In this document: positions 10,603 through 21,453 of the stretch, piece by piece
How the letters are laid out: the number at the start of each line of letters is the position of its first letter
Numbering within the stretch: the first letter of the stretch is position 1
Assembly (NCBI GenBank): GCA_965226885.1
Contig: CBDDEL010000016.1
Span: forward strand, 224,001 to 288,000
Direction: 5' to 3'
Length of the DNA: 64,000 nt
Source: Opitutales bacterium
GTDB taxonomy: Bacteria > Verrucomicrobiota > Verrucomicrobiia > Opitutales > UBA2987
Made by a program: the position numbers and the translations under genes
The notes under the pieces: generated by a model
Told to the model about the DNA's origin: nothing
Database searches by the model: none
What the model saw: the letters and a program-made list of their open reading frames with translations, nothing else

Positions 10603-11895
10603 TCAGATGTCTTTCAGGTGTCGCGCCGCTCTGACAAACCTCTTGGCGGCTTCCTTCAACCGGTCGTCGGAAAGAACTCCGGCGCTTAAACGCACAAAAT
10701 TGAAAGGCGCCCCCTCGGCAAAACAAAGATCGCCGGGGACATAAAGCACCCCATCCGACAGGCAGGCATGGTAAAAGGGTGTGTCGAACCGTGTGTCGAA
10801 ACCATCCGGCGCTCTTGCCCAAAGCAGAAACCCGCCATCGGGGAAATCCCATGTCCAGCCCAGTTGACGCAATCCCGCCGCCTCCAGAGCATCGTTCAGA
10901 ATCTGCATTTTTCGGGCATAATGGGGGCGCAGGTTTCGCAAATACTGCTTATAGCGGCCATCCTCCAAAACCGTTTCGATAATCGCCTGGGTGAAGTTGG
11001 ACGTGCCGAAGTCCTGCTGGCCTTTAACATTGAGCATTTTCCCAAGCAATTGTGAATCCGTGCAGCAGGTGTAGCCCACCTTCAACCCGGTGGAAAAAGG
11101 CTTCGTAAATGTGCCCGCGTAGAGACAGGGCAGACCGGCAAATTCCGGTAGACCAATGATGCTGCGAGCCGCATGCGTCTCCTCGAAATAAAGATCCCGG
11201 TAGGCGGTATCCTCAATAACCGGCAGGGCAAAATCTAGTGTTTGCAGCAGATTGCCCAGATTTCTTTTATCTTCTTCAGGGATACATTGAGTGGATGGGT
11301 TGGCATGGTATGAAACCAGATAAACAGCTTTCAGGCGTTTCATATCTCCGCTCCGGCACAATCGATCGATGAGTGCGCGTAAGCCGTCGATGTCGATTCT
11401 GCCGTCCGGAAGCGAGGGTATGGAAACGGGTCGCACCCCAAGGCCTTTCAACACTTCCAGATAAACAAAGTAGGTCGGCTTTTCAACCAGCACAATGTCC
11501 CCGGGATCACAGAGAACCTGATCACAGAGAACCTGAGTTGCAATGTAAAGGGCTTGCTGGGACCCATTGGTGATGAGAACGCTGTTTTCATCCAATTCCA
11601 TGGATGGCTCGCCGGGGAAACTCTTGAGCAGCCCGACCACCGCGCGGCGCAATCCGGGGCGTCCCGAGTTGGTGCCGTATTGCAGGGTCTCCGAGCCGTC
11701 GGGCCGCTCGGCCAGCTCGGCCACGACCTGGTTGACCAAATCAAGTGGCAGCGCCATATTATCGGTGAACCCGGCGGCCAGGGAGAGAAGATGCGGGTTG
11801 CTCAAGGCATTGGCCATAAGATGCACTATGGCCGGATCGGTGAGTTGCTCTCCCAGGGTCGAGTAGCGCAACTGCCTGAGCGTTGTCTGTTCCAT
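10603..11895 (-). CDS. PLP-dependent aminotransferase class I/II (2-aminoadipate transaminase-like)
   Basis: [38 protein letters not shown]; carries an in-frame QVLCD duplication. Confidence 0.88.
   Translation of the reverse strand: MEQTTLRQLRYSTLGEQLTDPAIVHLMANALSNPHLLSLAAGFTDNMALPLDLVNQVVAELAERPDGSETLQYGTNSGRPGLRRAVVGLLKSFPGEPSMELDENSVLITNGSQQALYIATQVLCDQVLCDPGDIVLVEKPTYFVYLEVLKGLGVRPVSIPSLPDGRIDIDGLRALIDRLCRSGDMKRLKAVYLVSYHANPSTQCIPEEDKRNLGNLLQTLDFALPVIEDTAYRDLYFEETHAARSIIGLPEFAGLPCLYAGTFTKPFSTGLKVGYTCCTDSQLLGKMLNVKGQQDFGTSNFTQAIIETVLEDGRYKQYLRNLRPHYARKMQILNDALEAAGLRQLGWTWDFPDGGFLLWARAPDGFDTRFDTPFYHACLSDGVLYVPGDLCFAEGAPFNFVRLSAGVLSDDRLKEAAKRFVRAARHLKDI
11505..11534. repeat. 15-bp perfect tandem duplication
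   Basis: GATCACAGAGAACCT x2. Confidence 0.95.
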
Positions 11896-12036
11896 AACCC
11901 CCGATCTAGGGAAAGGTAAGCTCAATTGGCAATCCTTATCGGGACGCCGCAGGGGAAAATTACGGATTGCCAGAGGGCGCAAAAAAGCTTGGTCTGCTTC
12001 ATGCGGAACATCCGCAAAAATCTAAAACTCGTTTTT

Positions 12037-12834
12037 ATGGAATCGCTGATTATCGTACCGGTCAGTTTCATCATTGCCTATGTATTATTGGGACTTTTCG
12101 CCCTTTTTTTATCCGACCGGATGATATTCCCGGCGCCCCCCTCCAGTTATTCCGATAACAGTCAAATCCTGAAAATTCCCCTCTCCAACGGGAATGTCAT
12201 TTCGGCCCTCTACCTGCCCAACCGCGATGCCAGGTTTCTGCTCCTCTACAGCCACGGCAACGCCGAAGACCTCGGCCACATTCTTCCCCATTTAAAGGAA
12301 TTTCATCAAAGGGGTTTTGCCGTCTTCGCTTACGATTATCCCGGTTATGGAACCAGCCAAGGCCACTCTAATGAGAAAATTGTTTTTGAATCCATCGACG
12401 CCGTTTATGAATTCATAACCGAAGATCTATCCGTGCCTGCCGCCTCCATTATCGGTTATGGCCGTTCTCTCGGGGGAGGTCCCACCGCCTACCTGGCGGC
12501 CAAAGAAAACCTGGGCGGAATCATCCTGGAAAGCACATTTGTGACCGCTTTTCGAGTCATGACAAAAGTTCCTATTCTCCCTTGGGACAAGTTTCGCAAT
12601 TTTAAATACTCCACTCATTTTACAAGCCACCTTCTCGTCATTCATGGAACGGAAGATGAGGTAATCTCATTCTGGCACGGGAAAAAACTTTTTGATCAGG
12701 CTCCACAGCCCAAATCCTATTTCTGGGTCGAAGCGGCCGGACACAACAACCTCCTCGATTTCGCCGGGCAGACTTACTGGGATACCATTGATGAATTCGC
12801 CAAAAATGTGGAAAATTTCCGTTCAAAAAAGTAG
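12037..12834 (+). CDS. alpha/beta hydrolase (ABHD17-like)
   Basis: SHGNAEDLG, DYPGYG, GRSLGGG nucleophile elbow, IHGTEDEVI, AGHN. Confidence 0.9.
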   Translation: MESLIIVPVSFIIAYVLLGLFALFLSDRMIFPAPPSSYSDNSQILKIPLSNGNVISALYLPNRDARFLLLYSHGNAEDLGHILPHLKEFHQRGFAVFAYDYPGYGTSQGHSNEKIVFESIDAVYEFITEDLSVPAASIIGYGRSLGGGPTAYLAAKENLGGIILESTFVTAFRVMTKVPILPWDKFRNFKYSTHFTSHLLVIHGTEDEVISFWHGKKLFDQAPQPKSYFWVEAAGHNNLLDFAGQTYWDTIDEFAKNVENFRSKK

Positions 12835-12858
12835 TCTGTTTCCAGGGTAATTTAAGTT

Positions 12859-13416
12859 ATGGCCAATAAAACAGCGTTGGTTATATTAACCGATGGTTTC
12901 GAGGAAATGGAGGCCGTTGGCCCCATCGACCTCCTCCGGCGCGCCGGCATCGAGGTCGTCACTGCTTCACAAAGCGGTCGATTGCCGGTAACAGGCCGCA
13001 ACGGGATCACCATTCAAGCCAATGCCATCCTGGCCGAAGTCATGGACAACGATTACGACCTCATCGTCCTCCCCGGAGGTCCCGGCCATACACAATTGCG
13101 ATCCGATAAAAAAATTATCGAACGACTCCGCCACCAGGAATCTTCCGGCCGCCTAATAGGCGCGATATGCGCCGCCCCCGCCGTGCTCCACGAAGCAGGC
13201 CTGCTTGAGGGCAGACGCTACACCGCCCATTTCAGCGTGGAAAACGAATTGAAAGAAATTCAGTCAGACAAAGCCGTGGTAGTGGATAAGGGCATCATCA
13301 CATCCCGCGGAGCTGGCACGGCAACAGAGTTCGCCCTCGAATTGGTCAACCAATTAGCCGGCCCACAAACAGCCAAAGAAATCGCCCAAAGCATTCATCA
13401 TAGCCCGACCCTATAA
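12859..13416 (+). CDS. DJ-1/PfpI/ThiJ family protein (YajL-like)
   Basis: GFEEMEAV, LPGGPG, AICAAP, ITSRGAGTA. Confidence 0.92.
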   Translation: MANKTALVILTDGFEEMEAVGPIDLLRRAGIEVVTASQSGRLPVTGRNGITIQANAILAEVMDNDYDLIVLPGGPGHTQLRSDKKIIERLRHQESSGRLIGAICAAPAVLHEAGLLEGRRYTAHFSVENELKEIQSDKAVVVDKGIITSRGAGTATEFALELVNQLAGPQTAKEIAQSIHHSPTL

Positions 13417-13566
13417 CCACCTGAAATACTATCAGGCCGGACTATCGCTGGCGTGTAAAGCCAATGGGCAAACGTCTCAACTCGAAAAGGATTGACTATT
13501 TCGTGCAGGACTACAAAAAGTCACAACGGTCTTTCTCTATTACAGAGAAAAATTGAATCATTGAAC

Positions 13567-13592
13567 GAAAATGACAGAAAATGACAGAAAAT
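13567..13592. repeat. 10-bp tandem repeat (2.6 copies)
   Basis: GAAAATGACA GAAAATGACA GAAAAT. Confidence 0.9.
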
Positions 13593-13690
13593 ATGAAATT
13601 TTTAAGTAAGATCAAAACAGCTCTCGCCGAGGGCAAAAACGGATTGGGTATCTCTGATATATGCGATCTCGAATTTCGGGTTGACCAATT

Positions 13691-14479
13691 ATGACCGATT
13701 TCAGCCTTGCATCTAATGCCACAAATGTAAAGACAGCCCTCTTATTGGCCGCAGGAACAGGAACACGCCTTCAGCCGTTGACCCTGGATGCCCCCAAGTG
13801 CCTCACCGAGGTCGGAGGTATTTCTATCCTCGAACGGCTGGTTAACAATTTACGCGCGCAGAGTTTTGAGAGACTGGTAGTGGTGATCGGTCGCTTTGGT
13901 GATCGTATCCAGGAATTTCTGCAACAGCACACAGATGATATACGAGTTGATTACGTCACCAATCCAGACTACAGGACAACCAATAACATCTACTCTCTCT
14001 GGCTGGCCCGGGAGCAGATCCGGGAACCATTTTTGCTGGTGGAGAGTGACCTGGTTTTTGAGACCAGTATGCTGGACGACATGCTCCAACCTGACAAGAT
14101 AGCGATTTCCAGAATACTCCCCTGGATGAACGGCACCACGGTGGAGCTAGGGCTCGAAAGGTGTGTTACGGCTTTTCGCCCGGGCGGCAACAGGTTTGAT
14201 GATGCACTCCAGTACAAAACGGTCAATCTCTATAGCTTATCCCTTAATTCATGGAACAAGATTGGGGAAAGGTTAAACCGCTATGTCTTGGAAGGCAGGC
14301 TAAATGAGTATTACGAGGCCGTATTTACCGAGATGGTCGCTGATGGCACACTTTCTTTCGACGCGGTTCTCTTCGATCCAGACCGCTGGTATGAAATCGA
14401 TACCATAGCGAATCTGCGCGCGGCAGAGGATATGTTTGCGTACACCCCCGACCGCGATCCATTGCCAGCCGCTCACTGA
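13691..14479 (+). CDS. LicC-like nucleotidyltransferase (phosphocholine/sugar-phosphate cytidylyltransferase family)
   Basis: LLAAGTGTRLQPLT..PKCL, NPDYRTTNNIYSL, VESDL, WYEIDT. Confidence 0.85.
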   Translation: MTDFSLASNATNVKTALLLAAGTGTRLQPLTLDAPKCLTEVGGISILERLVNNLRAQSFERLVVVIGRFGDRIQEFLQQHTDDIRVDYVTNPDYRTTNNIYSLWLAREQIREPFLLVESDLVFETSMLDDMLQPDKIAISRILPWMNGTTVELGLERCVTAFRPGGNRFDDALQYKTVNLYSLSLNSWNKIGERLNRYVLEGRLNEYYEAVFTEMVADGTLSFDAVLFDPDRWYEIDTIANLRAAEDMFAYTPDRDPLPAAH

Positions 14480-14715
14480 TGGGTACCGAGCCGGTGACCA
14501 CCCATGCCTGAGAGCAAGCGCGCTTTTTTCAGTCAACCAGAATTGGGGGAACGTCAAGTCCTCGATTTTCGGGCCATAGATGATGAAAGGCTACGGTTTA
14601 CCGGTTCGTTCGGCGCTTGTTTGGTAGGGTGAAGTACTATGGGACCGTTCTCGATCTCGACAGTGGTGTTGGGTATTGGACCGATTGTTAAGGAGTAGAA
14701 TGTTCAGATAAACCT

Positions 14716-15390
14716 ATGGAAAAACCTCAAGGCAACTTTATCTATCGGAACCTGGCTAACGCAATATCGATTCTCGGTGTGCTGCCCCTGGCGTTGCTAT
14801 TCCTGGAAGATAGTTATCGTTATCTGATACCGTTAATCATTTTCAATAATGCGATGGACGACCTCGATGGCGTACTGGCTGCCAAGTTGAATATTCGCAG
14901 CCGGTTCGGGGCCGATCTCGACAATGTCTGCGATGCAGTCGCCCATGCGGCCCTGGTCTTGGCGGTAGGCGTACATTTCGGCGGACTGGTCTTGATGATG
15001 AGTTTGATCGCTGGGGCTTCTATCATTCTTCGTATAACTGCCCGATGCAATCCTGAAGGGCAGACCGGCAATGGTTCGCCGACCAATGAGCTCATGCGCC
15101 ACATGCTGTTCGTCCTCCTGTTGACCAAAATGCTTAATGTTGATCCTGGGGTTTATCTTGTTCTGATATTTATATTACATTCGGTGACGATGATTGTGCC
15201 GTTCAAGTTAAAAGTACTTATTCGAAGGCTGGCCAAGACTGCCACTGCGGTGGCTTTTGTGAACATGGCGCTGGTGGTGGCATGGCTCATACCGGCCGTT
15301 TCGCCACTTATAGCAGCGTCCTTTATCACCACTTACTTGTATTCTTTTATCGTTGGAGGGGGGCAATGGCTAAAAGCACGGGAGAACTAG
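14716..15390 (+). CDS. CDP-alcohol phosphatidyltransferase family protein
   Basis: DDLDGVLAAK...FGADLDNVCD matches the DxxDGxxA...GxxxDxxxD signature; multiple TM segments. Confidence 0.85.
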   Translation: MEKPQGNFIYRNLANAISILGVLPLALLFLEDSYRYLIPLIIFNNAMDDLDGVLAAKLNIRSRFGADLDNVCDAVAHAALVLAVGVHFGGLVLMMSLIAGASIILRITARCNPEGQTGNGSPTNELMRHMLFVLLLTKMLNVDPGVYLVLIFILHSVTMIVPFKLKVLIRRLAKTATAVAFVNMALVVAWLIPAVSPLIAASFITTYLYSFIVGGGQWLKAREN

Positions 15391-15441
15391 AACTAACGTG
15401 CCTGGATTTAATGCCCGGAGGGCAAAACCTTTTCTAAGGTT

Positions 15442-18400
15442 TCAGGAGGGATTGGCTGGCGATGGGTTTTCGGTTTCCGCGCCGAGTAGTTGTTCTCCAG
15501 CGCCTACCGGCTCGTAGGGGTCTTCCCAATTTACTTCCTTGTGGTAGCGCAGGCCGTAAAATTTGGAGATCAGGAATTTGAAGTCTTCCAATATGAGATA
15601 GTTGATGGGTACCAGAAAGAGAGTAATAACGGTGGCGAACAGGATGCCGAAGCCCAGCGACACGGCCATCGGAATCAGGAATTGGGCCTGGGTGGATTTT
15701 TCAAAAATAAGGGGCAGCAACCCGGAAAAAGTGGTCAGTGAGGTTAACAAAATAGCCCGGAACCGAACCACTCCGGCCGACCGCACAGCGGTCAACAGCG
15801 GCTGTTTATCCTTGCGCCCTTGGTTGACGAAATGCACCATGACGAGGGAGTCGTTGACCACCACGCCAGCCAACGCGAGCATTCCAAAGATGCTGAAAAA
15901 GCTCAAATTCATGCCCATCAGGATGTGCCCGAGGACGGCCCCCACCAACCCGAATGGTATGACCGACATGACGATGAGGGGCTGGATATAGGAGCGAAAG
16001 GGTATGGCCATCAAACCGTAAAGGGCGAACGCCACAAAGACAATGCCGCCAATAAAACTGCTGGTGGAATCCCGCTGGTCGCGCGCTTCACCCTCGAAAG
16101 TCCAGTAAACGCCAGGATAATCCAGCACAATATAGTCTAAATACACGCTTAATTTAGCCCTCAACTCATCCAAGTCCACCCATTCCTTGTTAACGTCGGC
16201 CGTCACATTGATGGTGCGGTTGCGGTCGATACGCCGAATGGTGGAAAACCCTCGCCCGCGGGTGGCTTCCGCTACCGTGGAAAAAGGAACCTCCGCTCCA
16301 TCCGGGGTGCGTATGCGCATGGTTTCCAAACTAGCCAGGGAGCGCCGCTCTTCTCCCGTATAACGCACCATGACGCGTATATCCTCACGTCCACGTGGTA
16401 TTCTCTGGGCTTCGTCGCCATAAAATGCCTGGCGCACCTGCCGGGCCAAGTCGGACATGGTCAGGCCCAGATTTTCAGCTTCCGGCTTGATGCTCAGTTT
16501 GATTTCCTGTTTGCCATCCTGAAAATTATCCATGATGTCGTAAACATTGGGATATTTGGCCAGTTCCTCCTTTATTTGATCGGCCATGAGGGAGAGGATT
16601 TCAAAACTGGGCCCCGTTAACTGCACGTCGATGGGGTCACCGCTACGCCCGAATTCGGCACGGAAATTCTGTTCCTGGGCGCCAGGCACGACCCCGATCA
16701 TTTTTCGCCATTCATTGACCAAGTCCCGGCTGGTGATATCGGTCTGGCGTTCTTCCGGTGGGGTTATCGAGAAAACCACTTCTCCCATATGGGGCCGGCC
16801 CCCGCGGGTGGCGCCGGTGCCCCCAATGGTAGTCAATATGTTTTCGACCACGCTATCGCCGGTTTTCGCATCCCGGTATTTATCCTGTAATTGCTGGGCC
16901 GCCTTTTCCATCCGGTTGATATGGGGAGCAGTCACCTCGATGGGAGTGCCCAGCGGCATAAACAACCTGGCGGTGGCCCGTTCGCTTTGAATGCGGGGAA
17001 ACGGAATGTATTGAACATTACCGCTCTGCACAAGGCCCCAGGTGATAATAAAGGTACCTAGAAAAATAGAGAGGGTGAGATAACGCCGCCTCAAGGCTCT
17101 TTCCAACATGGGCCGGTAATAAATGATAACAAACCTTTCCAAGCCATCGGCGAACCTGCGTTGAAACCGGGACAAAAAATTAAGTTCACTTCTTTTTCGG
17201 CCCGTTTTCATGTGCGCCAGGTGGGACGGTAGGATCAGTTTGGACTCCACCAGCGAAAAGAAGAGCACTGGAATTACAATCAAGGGTATCTGGGCAATGA
17301 ACTGACCTCGGCGGCCCTCAATCCCGGTCAGCGGTAAAAACGCGACCATGGTAGTGAGAATGCCAAAGGTAACCGGTATGGCCACGGCTTGCGTGCCGCG
17401 AATGGCCGCCTGCAGGGACTTCTCCCCTGCCTGCATGTGCCGGAAGACATTTTCCCCCGTCACGATGGCATCGTCCACCACAATGCCCAGGACCAAAATA
17501 AAGGCGAACAGGCTTAAGATATTTATGGTTATTCCAATCAGCGGCATCATGGCGATGGAACCCAGAAAAGAGATCGGGATACCCAGGCAAACCCAGATGG
17601 AAAGGGAGAGGCGCAGGAAGAGCGTGAGCACCACGAAGACCAGGATGCCACCAAACATGGCGCTGTTCAAAAGAGTGGAAAGGCGCGCCTTGATGATTTT
17701 CGAGCGGTCCCGCCAGAATGATAATTCGACTCCCGGAGGCATCCGCCCCTGCGCTTTTTGAATATATTCCTTGACCTGGTCAGCCACCGAAATGGCGTTT
17801 TGGGCGCCCACCCGGTAAACCCCAATGACCACCGCCGGTTTCCCGTTAAATCGCACAATTAATGGGTCTTCCTCGAAGCCATCGGTTATTTTGGCCACCT
17901 CTCCAAGGGTAATATGAGTGCCGTCCTCGGTGCTCAAGAGGACGATTTTTTCAAAATCCTCCTGATAATATGCCTGCCCCTTGGTGCGCAAAAGGATTTC
18001 TCCTTCCGTAGTTTTTATGGAACCGGCCGACAGGTCGATGGAGGAGCGGCTGACTGCCCGGCTGACATCGTCAAAAGTAAGCCTATACTGTTGCAGGGTT
18101 TCCTCGGAAACCTCGATGGAAATCTCATAAGAGCGTATGCCGCCAAGCTCCACCTGGGTGATTCCCGGCAGGTTGGCTATTTCGTCGCGCACCTGCTCGC
18201 CCATGCGCCGTAGCTCGTGCTCGGAAAGATTTCCCGACACCGTCACCGTGATGACTTCCCTTCGCCTCTGGGCCAGCCGGATGCGGGGCCTTTCCGTTTC
18301 ATTGGGAAAGGTGTTGATGGCGTCGATCCGATTTTTCAAATCCTCCAGTAGTTCGCGGGGCTCATAACCCTTTTCCACCACCACCGAGACTCTACCCGAA

Positions 18401-18666
18401 CCTTCGGAGGCCGTGGAGTGCATCTCTTTAATCCCCTCGAGGTCCTGAATGGCTTCCTCGACCCGCACCACCACGCCCTCTTCCACTTCCGCAGGGGTGG
18501 CCCCCCGATAAGGGACCGATATAGTGACGATATCCGTTTCGATATCAGGAAAAACCTCGATGGGAATTTTATTAACGAGCGCATTGATCCCCAAAATGAC
18601 GATCAGGACCATCAGCAGATTGGCCGCCACTCCGTTTTGGGCGAACCAGGCGATCACATTTTTCAT
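15442..18666 (-). CDS. RND efflux permease (AcrB/AcrD/AcrF family)
   Basis: 1074 aa; GIVVDDAIVTGEN, RFRAILLTSLTT. Confidence 0.95.
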   Translation of the reverse strand: MKNVIAWFAQNGVAANLLMVLIVILGINALVNKIPIEVFPDIETDIVTISVPYRGATPAEVEEGVVVRVEEAIQDLEGIKEMHSTASEGSGRVSVVVEKGYEPRELLEDLKNRIDAINTFPNETERPRIRLAQRRREVITVTVSGNLSEHELRRMGEQVRDEIANLPGITQVELGGIRSYEISIEVSEETLQQYRLTFDDVSRAVSRSSIDLSAGSIKTTEGEILLRTKGQAYYQEDFEKIVLLSTEDGTHITLGEVAKITDGFEEDPLIVRFNGKPAVVIGVYRVGAQNAISVADQVKEYIQKAQGRMPPGVELSFWRDRSKIIKARLSTLLNSAMFGGILVFVVLTLFLRLSLSIWVCLGIPISFLGSIAMMPLIGITINILSLFAFILVLGIVVDDAIVTGENVFRHMQAGEKSLQAAIRGTQAVAIPVTFGILTTMVAFLPLTGIEGRRGQFIAQIPLIVIPVLFFSLVESKLILPSHLAHMKTGRKRSELNFLSRFQRRFADGLERFVIIYYRPMLERALRRRYLTLSIFLGTFIITWGLVQSGNVQYIPFPRIQSERATARLFMPLGTPIEVTAPHINRMEKAAQQLQDKYRDAKTGDSVVENILTTIGGTGATRGGRPHMGEVVFSITPPEERQTDITSRDLVNEWRKMIGVVPGAQEQNFRAEFGRSGDPIDVQLTGPSFEILSLMADQIKEELAKYPNVYDIMDNFQDGKQEIKLSIKPEAENLGLTMSDLARQVRQAFYGDEAQRIPRGREDIRVMVRYTGEERRSLASLETMRIRTPDGAEVPFSTVAEATRGRGFSTIRRIDRNRTINVTADVNKEWVDLDELRAKLSVYLDYIVLDYPGVYWTFEGEARDQRDSTSSFIGGIVFVAFALYGLMAIPFRSYIQPLIVMSVIPFGLVGAVLGHILMGMNLSFFSIFGMLALAGVVVNDSLVMVHFVNQGRKDKQPLLTAVRSAGVVRFRAILLTSLTTFSGLLPLIFEKSTQAQFLIPMAVSLGFGILFATVITLFLVPINYLILEDFKFLISKFYGLRYHKEVNWEDPYEPVGAGEQLLGAETENPSPANPS

Positions 18667-19919
18667 GAAGGTCCCTTACCTTTTCCTTTTCGCTGGCCGA
18701 CGATTTTCCCATTGCGTGGAACTCCTTCGGGTTCAGCCACCGCCTCGGCCTGTATGTGCGGTTTGACCCCAGCGCCGTCTGCCGCAAAGGGCAAAGGAGT
18801 CAGGCAAAGCAGATCTCCATTTTTCAGGGAATCGCCCACGACAATGTTTTGGCGATCGCTCCAGAGGATATCGACCGTACGCCTTGACAATCGATCTTCT
18901 TTGTCAATGAGGAGCAAATCGCGGCCCTCCCGCAAGGCTGACCGAGGCACCACGAAAACATCTTTCATGGTCTTGCCCTCGATTTCCGCTTTGACGAACA
19001 TGCCGACTTTCAAAGGGGGTTGGTTATTTTGCGAACGGCCATAGGGGTTTTTCACCTGCGCCACCACATAAAGTTGCCGGTTGCGGGTATCAATGGCCCC
19101 GGCAGTCCGCACGATGTTTCCCTTCCAGGTATATTCCTGATCGCCGAAGCGAGCTTTTAAAATAACTTCGGGTCGCGCTCTTCCCTCCCCCTCCGCAGCC
19201 GGTTCGCCGCGGTAAAGCTCGGGCAGGTTGATGAAGGAGAGCTGCCGATTGCTCAAAGGGAGACGAATCTCCGCATAATCAACAGCATAAATCTGGGCCA
19301 ACACGGTTCCCGGCGTGACATACTGGCCCACATCGACCCGTTTTTCCAATATTCTGCCAGCATAAGGGGCTCTTATTAGGGTGCGTTCCATATCGCGCTC
19401 AGCCTCTTCTACCTTGGCCTCTGCCGACTTGGCCGATTGCTTGGCTTCGATCAGTTGCGGTTTGCGCAGAACGAGCGGCCTCGGCTCCTCGCCCGAACCC
19501 AGTTTTTCCCAATCTCTGAAGGCCTGCTCGACGCGTGCTTCTTCCTCGGCCAGCCGGAGCCGCGCCTGGGCCAGGACCGCTTTCGCCACGGTGAGGGCCG
19601 TCCCATAATCACGGTTATCAATTTTTAACAGGATATCTCCCTTTTCAAAAAATTCGCCGCTGCGAAAGGCGGGCGAAATCTCCATAATGCTGCCCGATAC
19701 CTCCGGTATGAGAGTGCTCTCCGTGCGCGCCATGACCGTTCCCTGGCTCTCCAGAATGACTGTAAAATCCCTTTTCTGCAGCCGAACGGCCTCGACCCTG
19801 GATGTGAACTGTGGCGGTTCCCGGCGCTCCGGCTCTTCCACTAATACGATCATCCAAAAGGTTATCGACCCACAAACCGCCAGAATGATTACCGGCAGAA
19901 ATATTCTCAGTATTTTCAT
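18663..19919 (-). CDS. RND periplasmic adaptor (MFP)
   Basis: PEVSG, IRAPYAG, LKVGMFV; overlaps the permease start. Confidence 0.93.
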   Translation of the reverse strand: MKILRIFLPVIILAVCGSITFWMIVLVEEPERREPPQFTSRVEAVRLQKRDFTVILESQGTVMARTESTLIPEVSGSIMEISPAFRSGEFFEKGDILLKIDNRDYGTALTVAKAVLAQARLRLAEEEARVEQAFRDWEKLGSGEEPRPLVLRKPQLIEAKQSAKSAEAKVEEAERDMERTLIRAPYAGRILEKRVDVGQYVTPGTVLAQIYAVDYAEIRLPLSNRQLSFINLPELYRGEPAAEGEGRARPEVILKARFGDQEYTWKGNIVRTAGAIDTRNRQLYVVAQVKNPYGRSQNNQPPLKVGMFVKAEIEGKTMKDVFVVPRSALREGRDLLLIDKEDRLSRRTVDILWSDRQNIVVGDSLKNGDLLCLTPLPFAADGAGVKPHIQAEAVAEPEGVPRNGKIVGQRKGKGKGPS

Positions 19920-19986
19920 TTGAATTTGCGAACCGCCCAAATTAACACGAGCCGGCGGCCAACTGGATGTTTAACCGTATTCGATT

Positions 19987-21453
19987 TTATAAAGGGGGTT
20001 TTTCTGTGTTTTCAACCGATGCCACGGCAGCCATTCCGCCATTGGTGGCGTCCACGGCCACGGTATCGAAATTGCCGCCCAGGGCGAGGTAGAGATTGAT
20101 TCGATTTTGCAATCGCTCGTTGATGATTTGCAAGTGCTGCCGCCGTGAATTGAAAGAACGTCTTTGCGCTTCCAAAACGGTGATGATATTGTCGAGACCG
20201 GCCTGGTAGGCATCCCAGGCCAGTTGCTCCGCCTCGATCGACTCCTCTGAGGCGGTTTCAAGCGCCTTTTCCTGGTCGGCCAGGAATTTTTCCGCCGCCA
20301 GGGCACTTTCCACTTCGCGAAAGGCGGTCAGTGCGCTGTTGGCGAAATCGGCCAGGGCTTGGTCCCTCAAAGCTTTGAAGCGCTTGGCATTGGCTTTCAG
20401 GCGTCGGCCCTGAAAAATCGGCTGGGCGATGTTGGCCCCCAGATTCCAGACCTTAAAATCCATATTCAGCAATTCGTCGAATTCGTTCGTGCTGGTCCCA
20501 CCGCCACTGGTCAGGCTGAGGCTGGGGAGCATATTCTTGCGGGATTCTTTCAACCGAAAACCGGATGCAGCGAAGCGCCGTTCCGCCGCCACAATGTCCG
20601 GGCGCCGTTGCAGAAGGTCGGAGGGAAGCCCCGCCGGGACCGCCTTATTGATCGCGGGCAGATCGGTTGCCGCTTTTATTTGGCTGGCCGGGTAGCGACC
20701 GAGGAGCACCTCCAGGTTGCGCGTGGAGACATCCCTCTGGCGATAGCGCGAATGCAGGGAGCTGCGGGCGCCGGCCACATTGGCCCGCGTCAGGCGCACA
20801 TCGAGAGCCTTGTTCAGTCCGGAGCGAAAACGTTGCTCGATGGTGGCCAGATTGTCCTCGAAACTTTTCAAAGTCCCACTTGCCAAGCGAACCTGTAGTT
20901 CGGCTTCGAGCACATCGAACCAGGCCTTGGCGGTTTGCGCGGCCAGGGAGAGGCGGGCGGCCTCGTAATTCTCCTGGGCAGCCTGCCAGTCGCCCACGGA
21001 GGCTTTGTGTCGAGCGCGTAGCTTCCCCCAAACATCGATCTCCCAATTCATACTCAGGCCGAGGTTGAAGCTATCAGAGCGGCTGCTCGTGATGGCGAAC
21101 CCGCTGGTGCCCGAACGTGTGCGGCGAGCCCCGCTGAGAGAGCCGAAAATCTGCGGAAAACGATTCGCCCCGGAAATGGTGGCGGCCGCCCGGGCTACTT
21201 CCAGACGGGCTGCCGAAGCTTGCAAATCGTAGTTATGCTCGATCGCTTCGGCCACCATACGGGGCAGCACTGAATCGTCGAAATCGTTGAGCCAGCCACT
21301 GTTAAAATCAGCTTTGATTGTTTCCCCGGCGGCGCTCCAAGCCATTGGCGTTTTCACTTCGAGCTTGTCCGACTGGTCGGCAGGCGGCGTCAGACAACTT
21401 GTCAAAGTCACTGTGGATGCCAGGGCAATTGTATTAAAAATTTTATCGTTCAT
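19987..21453 (-). CDS. outer membrane efflux lipoprotein (NodT/TolC family)
   Basis: Lipobox LTSC, WEIDVWGK, PSDLLQRRPDI, LYLALGG. Confidence 0.94.
   Translation of the reverse strand: MNDKIFNTIALASTVTLTSCLTPPADQSDKLEVKTPMAWSAAGETIKADFNSGWLNDFDDSVLPRMVAEAIEHNYDLQASAARLEVARAAATISGANRFPQIFGSLSGARRTRSGTSGFAITSSRSDSFNLGLSMNWEIDVWGKLRARHKASVGDWQAAQENYEAARLSLAAQTAKAWFDVLEAELQVRLASGTLKSFEDNLATIEQRFRSGLNKALDVRLTRANVAGARSSLHSRYRQRDVSTRNLEVLLGRYPASQIKAATDLPAINKAVPAGLPSDLLQRRPDIVAAERRFAASGFRLKESRKNMLPSLSLTSGGGTSTNEFDELLNMDFKVWNLGANIAQPIFQGRRLKANAKRFKALRDQALADFANSALTAFREVESALAAEKFLADQEKALETASEESIEAEQLAWDAYQAGLDNIITVLEAQRRSFNSRRQHLQIINERLQNRINLYLALGGNFDTVAVDATNGGMAAVASVENTEKPPL

Noticed and set aside
13460..13520. 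GGCAAAC...GAAA resembling a c-di-GMP-I riboswitch
   Set aside because: The required paired stems and downstream conserved motif could not be built.
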